A DNA stretch of 63,108 nt, the filler included, from Phoronis australis (lineage: Eukaryota > Animalia > Phoronida): NCBI GenBank assembly GCA_002633005.1. It is 3 parts of 3 records of this genome, joined end to end, with 100 filler letters (N's around TTAATTAATTAA, not from the genome) between each part and the next. Parts side by side here need not be neighbours in the genome. Positions count along the whole stretch, not along the records: positions 1 to 22,094 come from NMRA01001314.1; 2 more parts are not named here. One strand, written 5' to 3'. This document shows, one piece after another, positions 1 through 13,054 of the stretch. Each line of letters begins with the position of its first letter. Position 1 is the stretch's first letter. The position numbers were made by a program, and so were the translations under genes. The notes beneath the pieces were generated by a model. That model made no database searches. It worked only from the letters and a program-made list of their open reading frames with translations, and had not been told where the DNA came from.

Positions 1-434
1 TGTTAAATGTGAAAGACAAAACCAGCAAAGAGAAAACATCAAATGTGGTGTATGGCATTTCATCCTCGGAACCGGGGTGTGGAGCAGCATATATTGGAGA
101 AACCAAACAAGCCCTGAAAAGCCGTTTCAACCAGCATCGGGGGTCCAGTTATGGGGATTGCTATGATTCTGCAGTTTTTAGTCACATGGCTTCCACAGAC
201 CACTCTTTCGCCATGGAAGATGTGAAGATTATGGATAGAGAAGAGAATTGGTTTCGGAGAGGGGTCAAAGAAGCTATCTACGAGAGAATTGAGAATGCTA
301 GCCTGAATAGACAGGGGGGGCTTCGGTTTCACTTACCTAGGACATGGGATAGGGCGCTGAAGAGAATCCCGCGGAAACTGTACGACGGATCACATGACAA
401 GTCACGTGACAACTCAAAGCAAACTTTATGCTGA
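1..434 (+). mobile_element. Penelope-like retroelement (PLE), C-terminal GIY-YIG endonuclease fragment, lying antisense in an intron of the uif-like gene
   Basis: ORF 9-434: NVVYGI..C..AYIGETKQALKSRFNQH..SAVFSH..H..VKIMDREENWFRRGVKEAIY..SLNR, the typical PLE GIY-YIG motif string. Continues past the window start. Confidence 0.85.
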
Positions 435-532
435 AAATGGAAAGCTCAAAGCATTACAGTGTATCCACTTACTGGCTTCTTTATATTTTGCATCACACAT
501 GTACATCAAAACTAACCAAAAAGAAAACTCAC

Positions 533-631
533 GGCAGTTAAGTTCATCCGACCCATCTGTACACTCAAGGATTCCATTACAGGCCAGCTTCAGAGACAAA
601 CATTGTTGAGTGTTAGCACAGTGAAATTCAC
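533..631 (-). CDS. Exon of uninflatable/SP1070-like gene: LDL-receptor class A repeat
   Basis: Not in the ORF track. Boundaries ttgcag| and |gtgagt, phase 1-1. Encodes GEFHCANTQQCLSLKLACNGILECTDGSDELNC (LDLa cysteine spacing, DGSDE acidic motif), in frame with exon 1003-1251. Confidence 0.85.
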
Positions 632-1002
632 CTGCAACAGAAATTTTAAAGTAAAATTTTTATAGTCCCAACATTATGACAGAAACAAAAAATACTCACC
701 AATTGATTTCATTGCTTTCAGCATTACTTTTCGTGGCCGGCATTTTTATAAAACCATGGACATTAAAAAAAACATTATAAAACAATTTATATTTTTGTAA
801 TACAGTTATAAGTACGAATAAAGTTTTAATCATTTGTAAATAAAAGTGCAACAGTGCATGACCTATAAAGAAATTTTTACCTGTGATTCTTGTGGGCACA
901 ATATGCTTTTCAAGAACATCTATCCAGTAGAATATATTTCATGTCATAGATTTTGTTTAAAACCACCAAATTGAGCAGATTTGTGTGCAGCTTTCTGAGT
1001 AC

Positions 1003-1251
1003 CTTTCAGACATGAAGATCTCATACAGACAAATGGAAGCATGTCCTTGCATGGCTGAAAACTCATTCGAAACTGGTACTTCAGTGACCATTGGTCCTCT
1101 CTAAGTCTCTCAGCCATAACACATTTGTATGTTTCATAGTTTGGCTGGTCCGGGGCCCATACAGCCACAGCATCGACATCTTCCACTTTAGTCTGATCTG
1201 CCCATGCTGCCTCCGTTGACGAGCTATTTGTCACGTCTTTTCTGTTAAGAC
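1003..1251 (-). CDS. Exon of uninflatable/SP1070-like gene: C-terminal half of C-type lectin domain and start of LDLa
   Basis: Boundaries ttgtag| and |gtactc, phase 1-1. Encodes (G)LNRKD..VWAPDQPNYETYKCV..CKDMLPFVCMRSSCLK. The CTLD-LDLa junction (LPFxC..C..G.xHCAN) resembles the N-terminus of Drosophila Uninflatable as recalled. Confidence 0.8.
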
Positions 1252-1486
1252 CTACAAAATAAAAATATCAGCTATACACCTATATCCATATGGACACATC
1301 ATCATAAACCTAAGTCTTTAAGCCCTTTAACCAATATATAATGTAATATAATATGATTAAATCTCACTAATATGGGACAAAAATTTTCATTTTTTCAATG
1401 TCATTTCTAACATTGTCATGAATGCTCACAATTTTTCAAAATATTGTCTGGTGGTAGTTAGGGTACAGGACGTAAACACGGTAGAG

Positions 1487-1642
1487 CATTGTCTTGGTGT
1501 TATCTGTCTTGGTGTTACCCATGTTGGTTACCTGTCTTGGTGTTACCTGTCTTGGTGTTACCTGTCTTGGTGTTACCTGTCTTGGTGTTACCTGTCTTGG
1601 TGTTACCCATGTTGGTGTTCCCTGTCTTGGTGTTACCTGTCT
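1487..1642. repeat. 15-bp minisatellite (cctgtcttggtgtta)n, ~10 copies
   Basis: Direct inspection. Explains the repetitive ORFs 1418-1686. Confidence 0.95.
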
Positions 1643-1896
1643 TTTATGACGTGAAAAAATCACTTGTCTTCCACACTATGTCGTAAATTCTTGACATTTT
1701 ACCGTACTCAAAATTCCTTCATCTACGCAATACACACACTACCTCTTAATTTATACCTTCTGTGTGGCATCTGACCAGTAATCTGATGGTTTGGCAATGT
1801 GGTAGATCTTGCAGTGATGTAGCAAGCCAACCCAGACTTGGCAACAGTTATAAACTATATCCTTGTTAACAAGGAAAATGAAAAGGTTGATCTCAC

Positions 1897-1994
1897 CAGT
1901 CCAGAACCTTGAGATACTGTTGCCATTATATGCCAAACTGCCAGCATACTCAGTCGCCTCTGCATCTGGTAATGAAGCGAGATTGGCACCATAA
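1897..1994 (-). CDS. Exon of uninflatable/SP1070-like gene: N-terminal part of C-type lectin domain
   Basis: tgtttcag|T TAT GGT...ACT G|gtgaga. Encodes YGANLASLPDAEATEYAGSLAYNGNSISRFWT(G) and joins the next exon to give FWTGLN. The 5' boundary is uncertain (frame is open to an alternative AG at 2069-2070). Upstream exons not located. Confidence 0.7.
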
Positions 1995-2127
1995 CTGAAA
2001 CAATCATTTTGACTAACAGACTTCTGTCTTGTGGCACACAGGAAACGACAAGAACTCAGTTGAAGGCACTAATGACAACACCCAACTCAATATTTAAAAA
2101 GTTAAAACTGAAATATGTCGAGATCAG

Positions 2128-2372
2128 TGAGGCCCGGGGGGTACTTAACTGTACTGTGGTGGGGCGTTACTTGACTATACATTGTGGCCCGAGGACGGTA
2201 CTTGACTATATTGTGGCCCGAGGATGGTACTTGACTATATTGTGGCCCATGGGGTACTTGACTACATTGTGGCCTTGGGGATGCTTGACTACATTGTGGC
2301 CCAGGGGTTTCTTGACTACTTATATTATGGCCAGAAGGGGTACTTGACTATATTGTGGTCCGGGGGTACTTA
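2128..2372. repeat. ~29-30-bp minisatellite (cccggggggtacttgactatattgtgg)n
   Basis: About 8 diverged tandem copies are visible. Confidence 0.85.
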
Positions 2373-3123
2373 ATTGACACATGACAATATCTAGATGGAG
2401 TGACGTAGCTAGAACTTTAGGATACACACCCATTTAGAGAGTAGGCATGAAAAATAGAGTTCCCATTTGTAGGATCAAGCTCCCATGAAAAAGTTATTGT
2501 TTTGTAGTTTTACAGTACAAGAAACACCTTTTTCTGGGGTTGTATTTCACAAACGCTCTTTTGGACAATCTCTTACCCCAAGTCTTCTCAGTGAAAATAC
2601 AGACATATTTCTAGTGAACCTGACCATGTGAATTGGCAAAGTAGTCAGCAGTCAGCAAGTCAAAGTCTTTTTGGACACCACTTAAAGTTGTTTGAGATCA
2701 TTTTTTATTAGTTCAGCGACTTTGAAAAAATAAAGACCCAGCTACATAGTAATTTTTCTGGTTGAATATCTTCACTTTTTTGTAAATTAGGCCCCAGCTG
2801 TTCACCAGTTCATGATCAAGATGCAATTTAAAGCGTCACTTGCTTTTTGTCAAAAACAAAAGTTTTTGATTTAGATTTAGGCAATTAAGTTACCCCTGTA
2901 AAACTAACCTGCCTTGTTCCTTACTCATTTGGCAAGTAGTGGTCTCCGGCCTTATAAAATTACCATTTTATGTTATTTAACTGTTTTCATTATGTATTGT
3001 AATTGTATTAGTCAGAACAAATGACCTTATATCGCCTACCTCGGTCTCCTTTTCATCTCTGGAAACGAGCTTACGACGCACGTATCGTTTATCTATTATT
3101 CGGGACATATGTCGATCATGAAC

Positions 3124-3345
3124 AAATAATTGCAGGGTCTAGTACACATATCAGACATGCGCAGGCCGCTCACAAGTGGGCCCATTGCACTGCTGACAAG
3201 GAGCCATTTTTATGCTTTATTGACATGCTGATAGAGGCGAGCTGAGAAACGAGAGAACTGACGCAAGGGCCTAGCAGTGTGCCCGCAGCAGTGGCACTTG
3301 AATCCACAACCTTGAGTATAGGACACTGATCTCACTATAGGCCAC
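3124..3345 (-). mobile_element. tRNA-derived SINE with LINE-derived 3' tail
   Basis: Minus strand: A-box-like tggcctatagtgag, B-box-like ggattcaagt. 3' end gtgcaatgggccc..ggcctgcgcatgtctg..agaccctgca resembles the LINE 3' UTRs near 31379 and 41357. Confidence 0.65.
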
Positions 3346-3931
3346 ACTTTGTCCTCTCAATATCCGCGCTTGGGCTGAACTACTTTTACTTTTTCATACC
3401 AAGCTCATTTAACTTCAGGTCACAACCGGGGCTTAAAAACGCTATGTCTCATTAAACCATATTCAAATTTGTAGCAAACGACTTCCTGAAGAACTGAGTG
3501 AACAAGTATAATCAGGAGAAGAAACAATTTGTAAATAAATTGTGATTTTTACGAGAACATCTGCACAACTGTAACTAAAAAACAAGAGTGAACATATGAG
3601 TAATCCCAAATATTATGCAACCGTTATTTGATAGTGAAATGAACTGTGCCTTGTTTCATTAGAGTAACAATGACAAATTACCATGCTAGTTATTTACATG
3701 AAAATAGTTTCGCAAAAGCAGACTTTTGCGAGACTGGGCGGTAATGGTAACTGGTTCTCGGATGGTTTCTGGCACACTGACTAGTTTGTAAACTAGTACT
3801 TCATTTACATATTCACAATTGAATGAGATAAATCATCTTTAATGTTTTAAAAGGTTATGAAGGCCTACTTTATCGAAGTCTGTGCAAATTAGCAAACATC
3901 TAGAAAACTAGATTTTACTAACTCAGTAATA

Positions 3932-6900
3932 AAGGCGATATTTTTTCAACTGAGACAATATTATTTAGTCTCAACGTGTGCGGAACGGTTCCGCACTTTT
4001 TTAATATCCACTTAGGGCCATAAAAAATGGTATGTAACAAACCTATACCTTACCCTAAAATGGTTTACAATGTTACATTTTTATTTACTCAATTAGCATT
4101 TTCTTAATTAGAAGTTCAATTTTTGCCTTGCGAAATATTCCGCACTGAATGCGGAATATATTCCGCAATCAGTGCGGAATATTCCGCAGATTTTGCGGAA
4201 TATTACGCACTGCGCAAGTTTTGTGGAATACTGTGACTTGAGAAATATTATGTATATTTTGTGGAATAATAATCAAAATAATAATTTATTTTTTAAAATA
4301 AATGTGAAAGTTCCTGAAGGGTTCCACAAACAGAAAAGTTTAGCACAGGACTAAATTTTTACTTTTCTCCCGGCCCAATAAACATGAATTACATTCCATT
4401 CTCAATAGTACTTGAGAGTATAATGTGCCCACTCTCAATAATATATTAATCAATGTGACGGTTGCAGAAGGGTTCCACATGCGGAACGGTTCCGCAAACA
4501 GTATAGTTTTTTGGAGAACACAATTTTTTAAATTCTCATGACCAATAAAGTTAAAATGCATTCCATAATCAATACCACTTGAAAGTATCAATGTGATAAT
4601 CCTGATAATAATTACTTGATCCATGTGACAGTTGCGGAACAATTCCGCATGCGGAACCGTTCTGTATGGGGAGCGACTTCCCAAAACGAATGGTTTTGCT
4701 GGGTATTTGATTTCACCAATCAACTTAAATTGCATTACATTGTCAATGCCACTTGAAAGTTCCGCAAACAATACTTTTGTGATCCTCACAAGTTTTAAAT
4801 TTTTTTTTGCACATTTCAGTTGAAATATACTCTATTCTCAATAGCATATGGATATATCAATGTGTCAACATGAGCAATGATTAATCAGTGGGGAACTTGC
4901 TGAATGGTTTGTGATGCAGTAACCTACCTCAAGCAGACTCGGGGAAAAATCGACATATTGTCTAAGACATTTTACTGCTTTTGCTAGAACCTTAACACAA
5001 GCCACGAAATATTCGACTCTTAAGATTCAACAAGCATTAAACATCAAAGTATCAGAATTTCTACCCCAACCATAATTAATTATTAAAAGTGACAGTTGCG
5101 CAAACAAAACTTTTGTGACCCTCACAATTTTTAAAAAATTTTCTTGGACATTTCAGTTGAAATATATTCTATTCTCAATAGCATATCAAAATATCAATGT
5201 GTCAACATGAACAATGATTAATCAGTGTGGAACTTGCTCAATGGTTTGTGATGAAGAAACCTACCTCAAGCAGACTCGGGGAAAATTGACATCTTGTCTA
5301 TGCCATTTTAAGGCTTTTGGTAGAACCTTAACAAAAGCCATGAAATATTCGAATCTTAACGTACAAAAAGCATTAAACATAAAAGTATCAGAATTTCTAC
5401 ACTAACAATAACTAATTAATAAAAGTGACAGTTGCGGAACCATTCCGCATGCGGAACCGTTCCGCAAACGATACTTTTGTGATCCTCACAAGTTCTAAAA
5501 AATTTTTCTTGCACATTTCAGTTGAAATATACTCTATTCTCAATAGCATATGGAAATATCAATGAGTCAACATGAACAATGATTTATGAGTGGGGAACTT
5601 GCTGAATGGTTTGTGATTCAGAAACCTACCTCAAGCAGACTCGAGAAAAGTAGACATCTTGTGTCTGCCATTTTACCTCTTTTGACAGAACCTTAACACA
5701 AGACATGAAATATTCAAATCTTAACGTACAACAAGCATTAAACATAAAGTATCAGAATTTCTACCCTAACAATAATTAATTAATAAAAGTGACAATTGCG
5801 GATCTTCCGCATGCGGAAAAATTCCGCATTGGGAGCGATTTCCGAAACCGAATGATTTTACGTGGTATTTGATTTCACCAGTCAACTTAAAATGCATTCC
5901 ATTATCAATGCCACTTGAAAGTATTGATGTGAAACTCCTAACAGTAATTAGTTGATCAATGTAACAGTTGCGGAGTCGTTCCGCATGCGGAATGGTTCCA
6001 CAAACAATACTTTTGTGATCCTCAGAAGTTTTAAAAAATTTTTTTTGTAGATTCCAGTTGAAATATACTCTACTCTCAATAGCATATGGAAAGATCAATG
6101 TGTCAACATGAACAATGATTGATCAGTGGCGAACTTGCTGAATGGTTTGTGATGCAGAAACCTACCTCAAGCAGACTCGCGAAAAATTGACATCTTGTGT
6201 ATGCCATTTTACCGCTTTTGGCAGAACCTTAACACAAGCCATGAAATATTCAAATCTTAACGTACAACAAGCATTAAACATAAAAGTATCAGAATTTCTA
6301 CCCTAACAATAATTAATTAATATAAGTGACAGTTGCGGAACATTTCTGCACGCGGAACCGTTCCGCAAACTATAGTTTTGTGGAGCTCACAATTTTTTAA
6401 ACTTCTTACATATTAAGGTTGAAACATGTTCTATTCTCAATAACACGTGAAAATATCAATGTGTCATCATGAGCAACAATTAATCAGTGAAGAACTTGCT
6501 GAATGGTTTTTGATGCAAAAACCTACCCCTAGCAGACTCAGGGAAAATTTGATATCTTGTCTATGCCATTTTACCGCTTTTGGTAGAATGTTAATACATG
6601 ATACGGAATATTCAAATGTTAATGTGTAACAAGTATGAAACATAAATGTATAAGAATTTGTACCGTAACAATAATTGACTAATAAATGGAACACTTGCGG
6701 TACCGTTCCGCAGGATGTCAATTTTATATAATAATATTTCCCAGTTAAATGGTTTTCTTACATCAGTGTTAGAGCACATTTTATTTTTCCATAATTTTTG
6801 GGTACCTCAGAATTGAGCATTTTGGCTTCTATGCAAAAATTTAATCGGAAAATTAAGTTTTAAAAAATTTTTCTTTAATGTCCTGTGCATGTGCAATGAC

Positions 6901-9900
6901 ATGAGCAAAAAAGTAGGGTTCCCGAATTAGTTTTCAAGCTACAGGTATCTTAGCTCAAACTTGGCAGAAAATTCACTTTCTCAAAAATATGCTAAATTTC
7001 ACAACTACAGCTTTGATTCACCACATGGTGATTTTGCCCTATCGATGGGAATGTGAAAAACGTTTAAGTTAAAGGGAATAAACTAACGAAACAAATTTCA
7101 TCGTAAATGAATTAAAATTTGCTGGTGTACAACGAATTACGATGCAGTCATGTATAGTGTCTACACTTTTGTTTGTTAAAGAATTGACGAATGAGTAGAA
7201 AGTAAAAATAGCAAAGTACCATTTGAATGACCACGTGATTCAAAAGCCTAAAGATGGTAAAATATTGTTCTTGTTTAAATAAGTTTGGATGTGCAAAAAT
7301 GCGGCTGCCATAGTTTTGGGTTCTCCTTGTTCTATCAGCAGATTCCACAATTTAGAACAAAAACAACTGCCAAAGTTGCCAGTTTAACAAGTAGCGAAGT
7401 AAATGTTTTCATCCTTTTTACTTTTGTTGAAATTTGACAAAATAAAATTTTTCTGTTCCACCATATTGCGTTATAAATTGAGGAATCTTTACTTCAATGT
7501 ATAGAGACCCTATCACTCTAGCCAAGGTGTGGGAAATCTTTCTTAGCCACTGACCTTAAATTGCCAATCTCCTGTTGTCCTCTGCATGGTAATGTGATGC
7601 AAACAGAGCAATAAATGGTCAATACAGCTTGGAGGTCAACCTGCCAGTGTGTCAACTGGTTTATAACAGTTGGACTTTGATTCAGAGATTTTGAGATTGT
7701 ACACCCATAAATTAGGAACCTGGTGAAAAGCAATGGTGTAAAGTAGAGGTTTAAAGATGGTGAAAAGTAAAAGTGCATACAAAGAAAAGAAAAAAACACA
7801 AATTTATCAAAGACAGAACAACAAATTTCAGGCCAAAAGAATCCTCAAATATAACACATGAATTGAATGTAGAGAATACAGTGCTTTTGTGACAAACTTG
7901 TTCACTGTTTTGGGTACTACAGTTGCTTATACTGGTATGAAAAATATCCATGAAAACTCCAGCATAGAATGAACTTAAAGTTTAATAAGTTATTATGCAC
8001 CTAAAATACTTTAATTCTAAGGTGATTGCATTAGAATTAAATGGTCAAGTTCTAAGAAAAAATGAACAATGACCTAGCAGTGTGCTTACTATCCCTCTTG
8101 GTGAGTGACTGTCTATTCTCAAGTAGTTCTTTAGTAGACCTGGCAAAGCCATGTTATCAGGCTTGGCCTGAGCTAACTAATTCGATTACATAACTGGATA
8201 CCACTGTGGGGATAGTACTGGTTTTGAAATGAAATGGGGATGGTCAACCACCATTAGATATGACTGTTGAACTGCATATCTGACCCATATGAAAGTCTAG
8301 ATTCATCAGCATCAATCAGTTTCACAATAGGCTAGTAGTTCACTCACTCACTCTTACAGACATTCACACACATAATTTGAAAATGGTGATAACAAAGGTA
8401 ATAAAAATATCAATAATAATAACACCAATTATAATAACACCTGGTAATTCTAATAATTAGAACAATAAAAACATGTAGTAACTACTGCTCATTACTATTT
8501 AAACGGCAGAGAAAACTGAGACAGTTGGGCTCTGGAAATGAAAAAATATTATACCTCTATGGATATGGAATTGCGTGGTATTCAAAAGGCGTGGGTAATG
8601 AGCTTCGATTTTTAAAAGAATTTCGACAGCGTTGTATAGATATAGAAAATCAAATGTGGCAAGAAGCTGTAAATTAGATACATAGCAATTTTTCAAATTA
8701 CATCTTAAAAAGGAAAATATTAGACATAGAGAAACCATGTATGAGGTCTCAACTGGTGCATATTTGATGCACAAATCATTCGCTGATGGTAGAATTATAA
8801 AGCTGGGACAACATTTTGAATGCTGAGATAAGTTAAACTTCGTTCAAGTTGGGACATTCGAAAAATTGAAAACAAGTACCTGACTTTTTAATTGTGTCCC
8901 CAGGCCTTAGAATTAGTTTTGAGATTCCAGTTGTCTCTTTATAACTGTCCATATGTTTTTCAAAAGTTATGCAAGCAAATGAAGAGCCAAGTGAAAAGAA
9001 ATGTTGTGAAGTTCATGTTTTTGCTAATAAGTGTAAACTGTCTGTACTAAACGATGATTGAATGTGAACATAATAATGAGAATGAGCTCCACAAAGCCAT
9101 TGTTTCTGGAACCATTCTGCTTGGGGAACAAATCCGAAACAGTCACATTGATCAACTAACTATTTTTAGGATTGTCACGTTGATACTTTCAAGTGGTATT
9201 GAGAATGGGATGCATTTTAACTTTATTGGGCAAAACAAAAACCCCGCAAAACCATTCTGTGTGGAAAAACGTTCCGCAAGCGAAACGGTTCCGCAACTCA
9301 CATTTATGAAATAATTATTGTTAGGTTAGAAATTCTGATACATTCATGTTTATGCTTTTTGCACACTAAGTTTTGAATATTTCCTGACTTGTGTTAAGCT
9401 CTACCATGAGCGGTTAAATGGCATACAGTAACCAAATGTCAATTTTTCCAGAGTCAGGTTGAGGTAGGTTTCTACAACACAAACCATTCAGCAAGTTCCC
9501 CACTGATTAATTATGGTTCATGTTGACACATTGATATGTCCATGTCTTATTGACAATAGAATGTATTTCAACTTTAATTTGCAAGCATGAAATTTAAAAT
9601 AATGTGAGCTCCACAAAACCATTGTTTGCGGAACGGTTCCGTGACTGTCATATTGACCACCTACTTATTGTCAGGATTGTCAGATTGATACTATCAAGTG
9701 GCATTGATAATACAAAGCATTTTAAGTTCATTGGGCAAAACAAATACCAAGCAAACCCATTCTGTTTGGGAAAACGCTCCCCAAGCGGAATGATTCCGCT
9801 TGCGGAACGGTTCCGCAACTGTCACATTGATCAACTAATTACAGTTAGGATTGTCACATCGATACTTTCAGGTGGCATTGATAATGGAATGCATTTTCAG

Positions 9901-10381
9901 TTGATTGCTGAAATAAAAATCGCGCAAAACCATTCTGTTTCGGAAATCGCTCCTCAAGCAGAATTTTTCCGCATGCGCAACGGTTCCCCAACTGTCACTT
10001 TTATTAATTATTGTTGGGGAAGAAATTCTGATACTTTGATGTTTAATGCTTGTTCCACATTAAGATTCAAATATTTCGTGGCTTGCGTTAAGGTTCTACC
10101 AAAAGCAGTAAAATGTCATAGACAATATGTCGATTTTTACCCGAGTCTGCTTGAGGTAGGTTTCTGCATCACAAATCATTCAGCAAGTTCCCCACTGATT
10201 AATCATTGCTCATGTTGACACATTGATATTTCCATATGCTATTGAGCATAGAGTATATTTCAACTGAAATGTGCAAGAAAAAATTTTTTTAAAACTTGTG
10301 AGGATCACAAAAGTATTGTTTGCAGAACCGTTCCGCACACTTTGAGACTAAATATTGTCTCATTTGAAAAAATATCGCCTT
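3932..10381. mobile_element. Foldback-like element with long, internally repetitive inverted arms
   Basis: ~60-bp inverted termini aaggcgatattttttcaa.tgagacaatatt..tagtctcaa.gtgtgcggaacggtt (3932-3995 vs 10321-10381). Arrays of ~172-bp and ~364-bp modules at ~4340-6720 (+) and ~9080-10320 (-). ATA flanks both ends. Confidence 0.7.
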
Positions 10382-11155
10382 ATAGTACATATCAAAAACA
10401 CTGTTTTCTAAAATATCATATCCGTCTGTTTTCACTACATGCAACTTTAAAGTTAATAATTCATGAAAATCAGAAAATCATAGCCCTCCATTTTAAAAAC
10501 ATTTCCTAACAGAGTTTTAGACAGAGACATCACACTAGTCGATGGTTTTAGAAAACGAGGGGGGCTATCTCATTGGTAGTCCCCACTAGCCTGTGCTGCC
10601 GCCTCTCGGCTTAAGGTCACTGGCATTGGAGCACGGAATGAGGTAAATAAGAGTCTTCTAACTGTTTGCTAAAACCAGATACTGCGAGTACATCAAATCA
10701 TTCGCATGATCAAATGCAATGCCCAGTCTAACAGTGTCAATAGTCAACAGACAACAGTCAATGGGCATGTTGTTTTCAGGCATACATTTTGACACACTGA
10801 TACATATTAAAAGGTTAATTCAGTGATTAGACTTGATACCCCGCCGCCGCCCCCCCCCNNNNNNNNNNNNNNNNNNNNNNNNNNNNNNNNNNNNNNNNNN
10901 NNNNNNNNNNNNNNNNNNNNNNNNNNNNNNNNNNNNNNNNNNNNNNNNNNNNNNNNNNNNNNNNNNNNNNNNNNNNNNNNNNNNNNNNNNNNNNNNNNNN
11001 NNNNNNNNNNNNNNNNNNNNNNNNNNNNNNNNNNNNNNNNNNNNNNNNNNNNNNNNNNNNNNNNNNNNNNNNNNNNNNNNNNNNNNNNNNNNNNNNNNNN
11101 NNNNNNNNNNNNNNNNNNNNNNNNNNNNNNNNNNNNNNNNNNNNNNNNNNNNNNN

Positions 11156-11375
11156 GGGGAGCTCGGGGCTCGAACGGGGCAAAGAGGTCCACCCCCGAGA
11201 GACAAAAAGTCCGAGAAAATGGGACAAAAGTCCACTAAATAGGCGCAAAGTCGCAATTCACAGAGGTGCTCCCGTTTTTTTTTTTAATTTTTTTAGTCCG
11301 CCCGCTCTTTTGTTAGCAAATGGTCCACAACGTCGGGAATTCGAGCCCCCCATATCGAAGGCTGGGTGCGCGCAT
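11156..11375 (+). mobile_element. hAT-type MITE (partial, left end in gap), same family as 17509-17733
   Basis: Colinear similarity to the reverse complement of 17509-17733. Ends in ctgggtgcgcgcatg. Confidence 0.75.
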
Positions 11376-11914
11376 GAATACGCGAGGCAAATAATCACGT
11401 TCATGTTCATGAAAAAATTGCACTGAACTAAATCAAATTGCAAAATTTGACTAACATCAATTTTAACCAGTCTTTTCAACTACACTGGCGATCTACTTCA
11501 CCAAACAATAATTGATTTAGCCATTCCTCCGCTTCTGCGAAACAAGTTACGGTCGGTACGTAAAGGAGAAACTGATCGTGAAGCCAATAATTACAAAAAT
11601 TCTTTTCACTGAACAAAAAATTCACCTGATTGCCTTAAGGAATATCCAATTCTAAGTTCACGCATACACGATCTTGAGATTAAGCAGGATTCCAAGTTCA
11701 CGCATAGCAAAAGAACCAATTACCCAGTGGTGGAACACTCAGGATTGTCTCCTGCACAGACCCTACATCATGAATGTTGCATACGCTGTGACGTCATAGT
11801 GTGAGCCCTGAGAACCAAGGAGCTGTACTCACGATTCACATGAAAATTAAGCATGACAAAACTCCGGCACCTCGACCCGAAGCAAAAGGCTTCAGTGATG
11901 GAAGTGAAAATATT

Positions 11915-12157
11915 AAAAATAAAAATAATTGCAGGCGGTCTCAGTGGTACACGTTGTACCAGACGTGCGCTAGCCGCGCATGAGGGCCCACTGCACTGGT
12001 CACCTGAAACTACTCGGTGCTTTATTAAAACCGAGCTGAGGAGCTAGAAACCTGACTCAAGGTTCTAGCACTAGTGTAGCCCAGTGGGGCTCGAATCCAC
12101 GACCTCGGGGAGTAAGCCTTATGCGACAAAAACTTATTGACTCGCCCTCTAACTACG
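11915..12157 (-). mobile_element. tRNA-derived SINE related to 3124-3345
   Basis: B-box ggattcgagcc, shared tgctag..ccttg.gtcag body, tail gtgcagtgggccc..gcgcacgtctg..agaccgcctgcaattattttt. Confidence 0.65.
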
Positions 12158-12575
12158 TTATTTCTTTAAACGTTGCAAACAATAATGAAACTTTGAAACC
12201 ATTCTATAGAATCATCGTAATCGAGCTGCAAAGTAGAGTTCATTTGCAGTCCAAAAAGTGTCGGCCCTTATGCAAGGTCAATAGGGAATGTGATCGGCAA
12301 AAAACTCTTCTATGTTGGCTGTGAACTCGCCGAGAACGCCTCGTACCACACGCAAAGAGGATCCCTTGAAAGTTCCATTCCCGCCGTCGGTGTGAACCCA
12401 CCGGCCGGGTGTTTCTCGCGAACTCAATGTACTCTCGCACCCGCGCAGTCCGCGCAGTGCACCGACTCCTGATTCTACCGACGGCAACTAATTTACGTAC
12501 GGGGTATGCTGAGTCGATTGGGTCAGGCTAGATTGTTTGGTCGTAGTTAGATGTGACACCTAACTTTGGCAAATT

Positions 12576-12607
<32 letters not shown>

Positions 12608-12621
12608 TAACTTGAGCCCCC

Positions 12622-12743
<122 letters not shown>

Positions 12744-13054
12744 NNNNNNNNNNNNNNNNNNNNNNNNNNNNNNNNNNNNNNNNNNNNNNNNNNNNNNNNN
12801 NNNNNNNNNNNNNNNNNNNNNNNNNNNNNNNNNNNNNNNNNNNNNNNNNNNNNNNNNNNNNNNNNNNNNNNNNNNNNNNNNNNNNNNNNNNNNNNNNNNN
12901 NNNNNNNNNNNNNNNNNNNNNNNNNNNNNNNNNNNNNNNNNNNNNNNNNNNNNNNNNNNNNNNNNNNNNNNNNNNNNNNNNNNNNNNNNNNNNNNNNNNN
13001 NNNNNNNNNNNNNNNNNNNNNNNNNNNNNNNNNNNNNNNNNNNNNNNNNNNNNN

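Noticed and set aside
1418-1686. Repetitive ORFs (CYLSW)n/(VTPRQ)n/(VLVLP)n
   Set aside because: Translations of a 15-bp intronic minisatellite.
1751-1896. In-frame continuation EINLFIF..VWVGL..TQK after FWTG
   Set aside because: Donor gtgaga at 1896 gives the canonical FWTGLN join, so the continuation is probably intron.
4340-6720. Palindromic repeats at regular spacing resembling a CRISPR array, and ORFs up to 204 aa in the arms
   Set aside because: The intervening sequences are themselves repeated modules, the context is eukaryotic and there are no cas genes. The ORFs are repeat translations.
7640-7720. Possible upstream lectin exon (..SNCYKP..) on the minus strand
   Set aside because: In-frame TGA follows, and there is no compatible phase with the next exon.
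10807-11256. Long ORFs containing X runs (also 12612, 32126-33559, 55363-55957)
   Set aside because: Artefacts of translating N gaps.
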